Part shown: positions 37,501 to 49,947 of the stretch, in pieces
Position numbering within the stretch: the stretch's first letter is position 1
Layout of the letters: each line of letters starts with the position of its first letter
Assembly (NCBI GenBank): GCA_016748015.1
Contig: JAAOMT010000659.1
Location: forward strand, 313,222 to 377,221
Direction of reading: 5' to 3'
DNA length: 64,000 nucleotides
Origin: Geosiphon pyriformis uo1
Lineage: Eukaryota > Fungi > Glomeromycota
Notes under the pieces: model-generated
The model's database searches: none
What the model was told of the DNA's origin: nothing
Seen by the model: the letters and a program-made list of their open reading frames with translations, nothing else
Translations under genes and position numbers: made by a program

Positions 37501-39758
37501 GAAATTGTATATACTGGGCTACTATGGAAATCAGTAATTGTATACTTGGATAACACCAATGTGTTCTCAAAAACATTTGATGATCATCTGTATCATCTCT
37601 AACAAGTGTTTAAAAGACTAAGAAGAGCCAGATTAAAACTAAATACAACTAAATGTTTCTTTGAGAAAACTGAACTCAAGTTTTTGGAACATGTGATAAG
37701 CAAAGATAGAATTAAAACAGATCCAGACAAAATTGAGATTGTCAAAAACTTTTCAGTACCAAATAATCTTATGAAATTGAGAGCATTTTTGGGATTTGCT
37801 GGATACTACCATTGCTTTATCAAAGATTTCTTCAAAATAGCTCAATCACTACACCAACTTCAAACAAAGAACACCAAATATGAATGGACTGAAACTCAAC
37901 AAGAAGCTTTTGATACATTGAGAAGAAAGCTCATTCAAGTTTCAGTACTGATCTATTCAAATCATAGCAAGCCATTTATAATCACAACTGATGTATCTGG
38001 TTAAGTGTTGGGAGCAATACTATTGCAGAAAAGACTGGATGGAAGAGAACATCCAATAGCATACACTAATAGAAGCTTAAGTCCAGCTAAAAAAAACTAT
38101 GGAACTCCAGCACTAGAACACTTAATTATCTATTGGGCTGTCATCAAGTGGAAGAAATACTTGAGTCAAAAGTTTGATGTATACACTGATTACAAGGGAT
38201 TGACTTCAATCCAGAAACAAGAATTCAGAAACAATTGCCATGCCAGATAGAAAATAAAACTTTCACCATTCAATTATATGATACATTATAAAAAAAGAAA
38301 AGACAATGAAAATGCTGACGGATTGTCATGAATAAGACAAATCTAAAAATATTTCAACCCAAAAATATAACAAAAGATGAATATTCAAAAATACCAACAA
38401 CTACAACATTATATAAATATCCAATTGTTCAAGGAGAAATTATCTCAAAAGGAACAAAAAAACATAAAACAACAATCAAAATATTTTATCAATCATCAAA
38501 ATATACTTTACCAGAAAAACAGAAAAAATCCAGACCAGTCAACAAGAGTAATTACAGAACCAGAAAAAGAGATAATATTGTTCAACATGCACTCAGATCC
38601 AACAGTAGAACATTTTCATAAAGAAGCAACCATAGAAAGAACTAAAAAAAAATACTATTGGCCATCAATGTATTTAAACATCATCCAGTATGTTCAAAAT
38701 TGTGATGCTTGTCAGAGAAGAGGAGAAACAAAACCCAGTAAACTATTGAGACCAATCAAAGTGGGACAACCATTTGATCGAATTGGGATTGACTTAGTTG
38801 GACCATTAACAATCACCAGCAAAGGCAACAGATATATTGCAGTAGCCATGGACTATCTCACTAAATGGCCAAAAGCAAAAGCCATTCAAAAAGCAGATGC
38901 AGAATCTGTTGCCAAATTCGTATATCAAGATTTGATCTGTCAACACAGATGTTCAAAAGAACTACTATCAGATCAAGGAACCCACTTTGTGAACAGAACA
39001 TTGACAGAATTAAGTCAAAGATTTAGAATTAAAAGACCATTATCATCACTATATCATCCACAAACAAATGGCTTAGTTGAAAGATTTAATAGAATACTGT
39101 GTGAAGCAATCGCAAAAATCAGCCAAGAAAATCAAGAGGAATAGGATTTATGTATACCATCAGTATTATTTGCTTATCGGACAATGAAGCAAGATACCAC
39201 ATAAGCAACACCATTTGAATTGGTATATGGTAGAACAGCAACATTACCAATTGAGATAGAGATCAATATGTATCTAACTGAACCAATAACAGAAAATAAT
39301 TTCTAAGAAACATTGTTGAAAAGAACATATAACTTATTGGAAACACTAGAAAACAAACAATAAAAAGCAATAATAACATCTAAAAGTCACAAGAAAAGCA
39401 AAAAAAACAACATGATAACCAATTACCAAATAAACCAGTTGAATTCAAAATTGGAGACAAAGTACTATTATATTGTACCAAAGTGGAAAAACAATAGAGT
39501 GGAAAATTTGACCCCAAATAAGACAGATCATTTCACATAGAAAAAATTCTTGGAAATGGAGCTTATAAATTAAGATGGGACAACAAAATTTTAGCCAAAG
39601 CAGCACATGATGATCGACTAAAACAATATTACCAGATAGTATTATCATTTACCAATAACATTCCACAATTGGAAGTATAAAGAATACTAGTTCAACTAGA
39701 TAAGATTCCACAAAATCTGGAACCAATCATAATTATTGAACCAAACACATCAAATTGA
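34544..39758 (+). pseudogene. Element C pol
   Basis: DAGFDLRYP / RSSLAKK / GGIINTGYIG / KIAQAIF / EFGSTG; MPFGLMNVPATFQ and YLDN; HHCC, IGIDLVGP, SDQGTHF, NGLVERFN. Confidence 0.93.
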
Positions 39759-39813
39759 ACAACCGAAAGAGTATATAAAAACACAGTATATGTGACAAAA
39801 GCAACCAAGAAAA

Positions 39814-40449
39814 ATGAAAATACCAGATTATATTCACACTTTAATTCAACAATTATTCCAAACCATAAGTCAACAACAGTTAAACATAGAAATTATTATT
39901 AACAACCAAATAATTTGCTATCGAAACACCAAAAGAAAGACAAAAAATACACCATATCAGCAATCACTAAAGAATGATAAAAACTGGACAGATAAAATAA
40001 TAGAAAAAGTAAAAACCACTTTTGAAAAAATACTTATTATAGCACCAACAAAAGAGCTTACAAAAGAAAATTGAAAACAATAAACAAAATGACTTCCAAT
40101 ATTATATTGCTACTACCAGTTAGGTCAAAAGTTGAATATTCAGAAGTTGTATATCAACAAATCTAAGAGAATATTCAACCAAAACATAATACAACAAATT
40201 GAAGAATTTATTAGAAAGAAAACAAATTCAACACTACATGTCAAAACAATATACCAACTACACAACATATTTCGGAACTATCTAGAAATACTGTTATATT
40301 CTGACATGGAAACCATAACCATCAACCAATGGGAAAGAATGAACAATACACAAGTAGAAGACATGAAAAACAGAGTCGAACAAACAATACTTGAAAAAGA
40401 AGTATTAGAATTAATTCAAAACAAAAATTTTGATAAAGCTCAATATTAA
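39814..40449 (+). pseudogene. Element C accessory ORF3 (212 codons, internal stops)
   Basis: MKIPDYIHTLIQQLFQ...FDKAQY*; ORFs 39814 and 40132 are in one frame. Confidence 0.85.
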
Positions 40450-40464
40450 AAAAGAAAGAGATAA

Positions 40465-41246
40465 TGTTATTCATAAAAAAAAAAAACAGATATAGAAAAA
40501 ATAGTAAACCAATAAGAGAGTAGTAGTTAGCATGTAAGCATATTACTCAGTAATGTAAGCATTGCTAGAAAAATTATAGCACATTGCTCAAGAGTATAAG
40601 CAATCTTGTAAAACTCAAATTATGTATATATAGTGATAGCATTAGAAATAGAAAAGGCAGACCTCTCAGTTTAGATTTTATCTAAGCAATCTTCCAATCC
40701 ACAAAATATCAAATAAATAATTATTCTCTATCTTAAATTTACTCTCCACTATTAACACTACATGTTGATAATAATTGATACTTAACCATGCTAGAACAAT
40801 AGCTCTTGATCACAACTATTGACGAGATACTAACTTGCAATTGCTTTTGTTCAATTCTTTATCTTTTGCTTTATTTTTTTTTATTTTCTTTATTGTTTTA
40901 ATCTTATTGTTGTTTACTAATTGATTGAGAATTAAAGCACTGAATTATTAATGTCACGAATAGCTTGATAAAAAACCCAGAGATAAGGATAAGAATATAT
41001 ATTAATAGATAGCTTACCAGAAGGACATGACTACCAGATTAAACCAGCCACCACACTGAAGACAGAAATTGGAAAAACCACTTACCAATCACATCGACAT
41101 TGAATCTCTGTTTATTATACAAAAAACTCAACTCTAAAACCTTTAAATATTCTCAACACACCAGTATTACCAGCATTAGTAAGACATTGAGCACCAAGTT
41201 ACAGATTTGTTATTTGATTTAAGACTCCAAATAATTATCTGTAACA
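40465..41246 (+). repeat. 3' LTR of element C (782 bp)
   Basis: TGTTA...TAACA; alignable with the reverse complement of LTR A from the GTATATATAG box (about 40624) onward. Confidence 0.92.
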
Positions 41247-42029
41247 ATGTTAACTCTTTCCCAGGAATTGCTTGTCTGGAAGTTCACTAAGAATGTGTAG
41301 TTATTTTGCTGGAAAAGTCAACTCTTTTACAGGAATCTTGTCTGTAGGCTACTTTAATAATTATAATAAGAAAAAAAAGAAAAATAAAAGAAATGTAAAA
41401 GAAATAGGATTTTATCAAGGGAAACATTTTCTATCCAGGCCTGGAGTCACTAACAAATTATTGAAATTGGTAACCAATCAATTTCAAAACGTTAGTTGTG
41501 TTGAGAAAATTTCAAGTACAATAATTTAAGGATTTGGTTTTCAAATATTTAATTTTTATTTGAATATGTAAAAAGTGATTTGTTTCAATTAAGATATCTA
41601 AAGTAAGATACTATATTAAGATGCTATAAGAAAATTAGAAGATACATTTTCTTGAAAAGAGAAGTTCTTCTTTTATACAACTTGTTATAGTACTATTCTT
41701 TGCACTTGTACTTTTCTCTTTGTTACAATTTGGGTGAACTAAAAATATATTTTGGCAAACTACAAGTTATTTCACTGAACTATTTGATTATTTTAGCCAA
41801 TTTCTATTAATTTCGGCGAATTTTGACTATATTAAATGGTTCAGAATATTGTGTAATTTGATCATCTTAATTTCTAGAGTACAAATTGAATTATTAATTG
41901 AATAATAATATTTGATAATTTAATTAAATAATAAGTGATAATTGAAATAATAATGATATATACTAATTAATAATAGGAATTATAAGAGTAATTTCATGCT
42001 AATTAATAGCTAAAATTCTACTGGTAACA
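41247..42029 (-). mobile_element. Probable truncated LTR of a fourth family (D)
   Basis: Ends in GGTAACA exactly where the ORF1 relic breaks; has a purine tract and terminal short repeats in the same order as LTRs A and B; no partner LTR in the window. Confidence 0.45.
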
Positions 42030-43370
42030 CTGAAAACAATAACCAGAATTTGGTAAATAAGAAATGAAACAAGTTTGGCCACCAACCTGGGAAATTATAT
42101 CACTAATCTTAAAGGCAGTATAACCAAAAAAAAGATTGACCAACTTGGCTTTAAACCAATTATAAGACAAAATTGTTTTATTTTGATTGACAAGAGGAAA
42201 AATTCAAACATTATCTTTGTCCACCAAAACCAATCAGTGAATAAGAGCAGATGTTGTAGCATTTAAACTTTTAAAGTAAACAATCACATATTGCCAAATA
42301 CCAACAGACTTTAACACAACATAAAAAACTTCACCAAAAATACCAAGAGCTGACTTAATATTGACAGCCAACATATCTAAAGACACATTATGCAGTACAA
42401 CAGCAGCAGAAAAAGAACCAGACTCAGAAACCACCAAAAACTTGACAATTTTAAGAGTGACAAGGCAAACAGAGCTTGTAAGCTCAACCAAAAATGCAGC
42501 ATTTAGAGAACTTTGAAAAGCAAACTCCATACAGAAGAGCTTCACATTGTCTTTAAAAACAGATTTCACATCCAAAAAACCATATATAGACTGAAAAACA
42601 GCCTTAACATAAGCCAATTTGATCTTGAAAGTAGCACCAAATACCAGAGTGAAGACCACCCATTCAGCAAACTTTTGACAATTAGCAATAGTTTTTTAAG
42701 TACTATTAGTGATATCAAAAACCAGAGGAGGAGATAATTCAGTTTCCATTTGGTCAGCCCAGTTTACAAAAACAGGTGATATTATAGAAGATAATTGTTT
42801 TGCTTCTAAAATTGGCAATAATCTGTTGGAAGATACCACATTTGACAACACAGTTAGTAGTTAATCTTGGCCCATTTTGGATGATGTGTCAGATAATGCT
42901 ATAAAGATCTTACCTAAGATCTTATTGGAAACCACAAAGGAGTTTGGTATAACAATAACAGAGACAAGCAATTGCTTCTACTTTTTTGAACTTTTGATCT
43001 TTTTGATCATTTTTTTTGAAAAAGTGGTGCTAACAGCACTAAGTATTAAAGCTGTAGAAGGGAAGACCAACTTATTTATTAGTTTATTATTAAAAACTTT
43101 TGGGCTCTTAGTTGGAGTAAAGACAACACTGAGATTAATCCAAGTGTGTCTTTTTGAAAGAACTTTAACTGATAAAAAACCAGTCAAAAAAGAGAAAATT
43201 GTTTTAGCAGTTACCAAAGATAGCTTTTTACGATTATTAAATAAAGAAAAAACTTCTATAATGTTCTGCCTAATTGCTTCTACAACAGAGAAAACTTTTC
43301 TGGTTGAAATTTTATTAGATATCTCAAGAAAGATATTAGATGTAGCTTTTTTACTCTTTGCTCTAATTAT
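42030..43370 (-). pseudogene. Degenerate non-LTR retrotransposon ORF1-like relic with RRM-like segments
   Basis: Start ATG>ATA ((M)IRAKSKKAT); VVLHNVSLDMLAVNIKSALGIFGEVFYVVLKSVGIWQYVIVYF has an RRM-like pattern; heavily AT-shifted. Confidence 0.6.
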
Positions 43371-44227
43371 GGTTATAAAATTAAGAAAACAAAAAGTTTG
43401 TTTTTTTTTCTTTGTATTTTTTTATTTTTATTTTATATTTATATATTAATTTTGTATTTAACATATTCAAAGAAATATATTTGTTAATTGTAAAAAATAC
43501 TTTGTAAATAAAAATAATTAAAACAATTTTTATTTAAAATAAACTAATATTATTTAATTTATATTACCAAAAGTATTTAATATTAAATAGAACATATTAA
43601 ATTATAAATATTCAACAATTTTAATTTTAATAACTTAGATTCTATATAAAGAGAAATTTATTGCTATTTAAATTAATAAAAATATGTATTTTGGTAATAT
43701 TAATTTATTATAATTAAAAAATTAATTTGTTTAATTAAAAAATTATTTCAAAGTTTTAACAAAAATTTATGAAATATTTAATTATAAATATTATATTTTT
43801 AAAAAAAAATCAAAAAAATCAAACACAACAAAATATTAAGTATATTTAAATTTATTATGATTATAACATCTTTTTTTTCAAAATATTATATAATAAGTTT
43901 TAATTTTTGGCTTAAAAACAATTTATAAACAGTATTTTCTTGCATAAAAACTATTAAATAATAATATAACATCTTGTTTTGGTGTTTTTTTAACAATACT
44001 AAATTTTTTATGTAAATATTAAATTCAAAATATGCTTATTATTAAAAAAATTTTCTTTATAAATTAGTTTTATTTTATTTAATATCTAGTAAATACAAAT
44101 TGTATTTTTACAATAATTAATTTTAAAGTTAATATTTTAACAGTTATTTCAAGTTTGAATTTATTTTTAAAAAAAGTAAATTAAATATATTAATTTTAAT
44201 TTTATATTAACAAAAAATACTACATAT

Positions 44228-45031
44228 TTAATTAATTCAAATTTTAATCATATTTTTTACAATTAAGAATTTTTTTAATTCACAAATTCAAAAACATTTT
44301 TTAGGTGCTTTAAATTGCTGTTAAAATATTGTTTATCAAAAATTATTTATTTAATAAAATTTATCTTAATTTAAAATTGTTAAAAATTTTTTTTTTAAAT
44401 TCAAATATATAAATGTAAAATTTGTAAAAACAAGACCATAATATTTGAATCTGTTTATAACAAAGTGTTTTTTAATTATAAAATACTATAAATTACTTAA
44501 AACATTTTAAAAAATTAATATATATAATTTATATTCAATTTTATATAAAAAAAAGTATTTTTTATTTTGGAAATTGTTAAATTAATTTATTTTTTTTGTT
44601 AAACGACTCATCTACAACATATAATATTAATATATATAGAATTTTAATATTTATTTATTAATAATTTTAATAAATATTAATTTAATTAAAATAAAAATAA
44701 CTTTTTTTTATATAAAATTAAATATAAATTATATATTTAATTTTTTATTATGTTTTAAGTAATTTATAGTATTTTATAATTAAAAAACACTTTGTTGTAA
44801 ACAAATCTGAATATTATAGTCTTGTTTTTTATAAATTTTATATTTATGTACTTAAATTTAAAAAAAACATTTTTAACAATTTCAAATTGAAATAAATTTC
44901 ATTAAATAGATAATTTTTAATAAGCAATATTTTGTTTAAAATGATTTAAAGTACTTAAAAAATGTTTTTAAGTTTATTGATTAAAAAAATTCTTAATTGT
45001 AAAAGATGTGATTAAAATCTATATTAATTAA
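44228..45031. mobile_element. Foldback / MITE-like inverted repeat (~340-bp arms, ~120-bp spacer)
   Basis: 44228-44568 is the reverse complement of about 44688-45031, with mostly transition mismatches. Confidence 0.8.
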
Positions 45032-48000
45032 GTCTATTTTTAAAAATATGTCTATTTATTATAAATAGTCTTTAAAATTACATGTTGTTTAAGATTTTTT
45101 TGTTATAATACTATTAAAATTGTTTTTGGTCTAATGTTTTTACTTAATATTTGTAAAATTAATATTTTTTGTTTGAATTTAAGTTATTAAGCAGCAAAAT
45201 ATTTATTAATATTATTAAATAATTCATAATTATATTTAGTATTATAAATTATTAAATATCAGTATTTATTAGTTTTGAGTAATTATTTATATATAATAAA
45301 AAAATAGTTTGTTAATTAAGTTGCTGTTTTTTGTTGTTAGTTTTTTAATATAAATTATTTAAAAGCATTATATTTATTTTTTAATTATATTTAAAAATAA
45401 TATAAGTATTATTAACAACAGAAGATTATTTTATAACTACATATTTTTGAGAATATATAAAAGTATTAAAACTTTATATTATCTTACAAAAACTATATAA
45501 TGTTTCTGAAGATAATAACATTATATGAATATAATTTGTAATTTTATAAAAAGATATAATTATTTGTAAAATCAAAAGAAAACTTATTAAGTTTATTCTA
45601 AAACTTTTTAATTATAAACTTATTAATATATTTCTATATATAATTAAATATAAAACTATAATATAAATAATATTACATAATGAGTAAATTAATTTAGCAA
45701 AAAGACTAGATTGATTTAGCAATTTCTTTTATTTTAAATTAATATTTATTAAAATTACTAATAAATAGATATTAAAATTCTATATATATTAATATCATGT
45801 GTTTTAGATAACTCAATTTAGCAATTTTCTAAATATATTGCTATTATTATTATTTAAAACAGAAAAAAATTATTATTTATAATTAAATTAAAATTGGATA
45901 TTATAATTAACATAGTTGTAATAAAATTAATAAAAATATTAAAAAACCAAAATAAGCTAATATTTATTTTTACAAAAAAATACAGATTTTAAATCAAAAG
46001 TATTGTTTTAAAAAATACCAAAAAAACATTTTTTTTAGATATATTAAAAAAATTGATTATATTAATTTAATCTTTTTGATTATTTAAACAACAGTAAAAA
46101 AAGTAGCTGTAAAAAAAATAACTTTGCTATTAATAAAAATTTTTGAATTTTTTATGACAATAGCAATTACATTAAAAAAGAAACTTTAAATAAAAAAACA
46201 GATGTTTAAAGCTTAAAAGAGTTTTTACAGAAGTTAGAAACTGTTTTGTATTTTTATTATTCAAAAGAAATGTTTTAAAGAAATACTGTTTAGTTGTTTT
46301 TATTTTAAAAGAATTTTTTATTTATAAAGTTATTTTAATCATGAAAATATTAAAATGATAATTAAATTGGTTAATTTTATTTATTATTTTAGAAATATTT
46401 TTCAGGAAATTACTATTTAATTTTTTCAAATTTTTTTTTAAAATATCAAATTCAAAAAGTCCAAAATAATTAACAGTATTTGCCAATATTAATATTATTA
46501 AACCAAACTTTGAATTTGTGCTTTCAATAACGCAAGTTTTTTTATCAGACTTTGCAAAATAATTATTAAAAGCACAGCATATTGACTAACAGTTTAAGGA
46601 TATAACACAAAACCAACTAGTTAATTTAAAACAAAGTTATTTGAACCATGTTTTATTAAACACTTTAATAAAACCAGAAAAATGACTTTACTAATTAAAA
46701 CTAAATAATTTATATCCTGAAATTTGTAACAATATCATCTTTTTTATTTATTTACTTTTAAAAATACACATTTAATTTAATTTATTTGAATATTTATTTA
46801 TTGTATAAAATCAAAAATATCTCATTTTTGCTCAAAATTATTAAAAATCATCTAAACAAAAGTTACATTTTATAAAACAATATTGTTAAAACCACTCGAA
46901 AAACTTTCCATCAATCTCGTGGTTGAAATATTTTGGGGATATTTTAAGGGTATTTTGACTTTTTTTGATTGCAACAAATTTGATTATCTGGTAAACTTTT
47001 TTCTCAGCTTGTTCAGGATTTTCTCGCTTTTCCACATTGTAAGAAAAAATTATTCCTTATTATTAGGGATAGTTGCTTTTTATATTATGTGGTACCAATG
47101 ATTTTGAGTTTTTGTAAATTTGCGACTAGTCAAGGTATTTTTAATGATCAAGCAATTCATTGAATCCAAATTATTTATTTAAAAAAATTATCTTGTGAAA
47201 AAATAATTTGTAAAATCGATAGAAAAAATTGGTTTTTTTTACTGTTCAAAAAAACTTATTAATCCAGGCAAGTCGAGACTATGGAGCTGAAAGTTTCTTC
47301 AATTCTTAGATCATATTTTAACGTAACATGGAAGATATAAAAGGGTTGCAACTAATGTTTACAGTATGTAAAGAGGCACCATACAACAAAGAAGCTTTCC
47401 AATCCCTTAATATAACAGGAATAAAATTCTCCAATTGATAACTTCGAAATTTTATTAGAAAAATCATCAATGTCTTAGATTTATTTTGTTCCCTTTGGAA
47501 AATTTCGATAATTGTCTGAAGCGGGTATGAACTGAGGAAGTGGATTTTCTTTTTGGAATCACGAACTTTTGAGCGGATTAATGATACCATTAAGCTGTCG
47601 CTGTCACTCTCAGATGAAATTGACTCATTTTCTTGGTTTCAATCATTTCTGGGATATTTGCCTAGAAAACCTTGAACAATCAACTTATTAAGATGGATAT
47701 CAAAACGTATACTTTAAATATCTACATGTTTCCAATCTCAAAAATTATGATTATAGAATAAGGCTGAGACACACATTTCAAGCTTCTTAATATCTTGTTT
47801 GGTCAATGGATTCTTTTTCTAGTCTTATCAATTGCATTTGGTTTGAAATATGTAAAATTGATTAAAAAATACCTTTTAAGACTTTGATCTAAAGGACAGA
47901 AGATTAAGATTACTTTATTTCCATAACTTAAAGCTCAAAATCCTTTTTATTTGAGTCCAGGAATTCTTCAAAAAACCTATGATTTCTGAAAAAGGCTAAA

Positions 48001-48229
48001 ATCATTTAGCAATTTACGTTCAACTTACCATTGATTCCCAGATCCAGATCTTACCATAATATGATAGTAATAATCAATGGAATTTTCGAAGTGAGTTGAG
48101 AAATAATGTTTTAGGGATGCTTTCAACTCCATCATTCTGAATGATCCCCGATGCATCTAATTCGTAGTTGGAAGAAAGCTTTGATTCAAGCTGATCGTTT
48201 TAATGTGATTAAAGCACATTCTTGCCAAG

Positions 48230-49396
<1,167 letters not shown>

Positions 49397-49947
49397 TTGA
49401 ATCAGAAAAGAGTGATATAAGATAGGAGGTATTAATCAGAAGGTGACCAGCCCGAGGAAAGCAACTTCGAAGAAACTCGAAGTTGTTTCTCTGTCTCGGT
49501 GGTGATCCTTAAAATTCATTGTGCTACCAACTGGCCTAAACCAACGCCCTTACTCTAAATTTTGGCACGGGTACTTAATATTTGACTCAATAAATCCCCC
49601 AATCATTTCGAGCTCGCTATACTGAAATTATACTATAGTACTAATGTAAATTCTTACAATTGTCTATGAATTCAATCAAGCCCTGTTTTTATGAATAGTT
49701 AAAAGTTTTTCACCAATATTTTACGCTCAACATTATAAATACACAATATTGTAAATGTTCATTAATAATTTTCTAAATTGTACTAGGTGGTTCTAATTTC
49801 AAAAAAAGTACAATAAACGATGATAGCTGGTTGGATAAAAAACTTCGTTTTACCCATTATCCCTTTGAATCCTATGACACAAGACATAATTTGCTGGTAC
49901 CATTATTTTCAACACGCTCATGTAATACTTTTCCAAAGACCAAGGAA

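Larger units (their letters stand above)
34544..41246 (+). mobile_element. Ty3/Gypsy element C (A-related), 5'-truncated within protease
   Basis: Starts DHPIKLILDSES; then Cys-rich domain, dUTPase, RT, RH, IN, ORF3, PPT 40448-40464 and one LTR. Confidence 0.93.

Noticed and set aside
41248-42029. Complete solo LTR (TGTTA...TAACA)
   Set aside because: No matching TSD or U5 features at the left end; TGTTA more likely overlaps C's target site, so kept only as a truncated LTR
42877-43449. 190-aa plus-strand ORF
   Set aside because: Antisense shadow of the minus-strand ORF1 relic
47318-48229. Possible extra gene downstream of the phosphatase
   Set aside because: Intron-like signals at about 47978-48028 (minus) but no coherent reading frame; may be spliced 3' UTR
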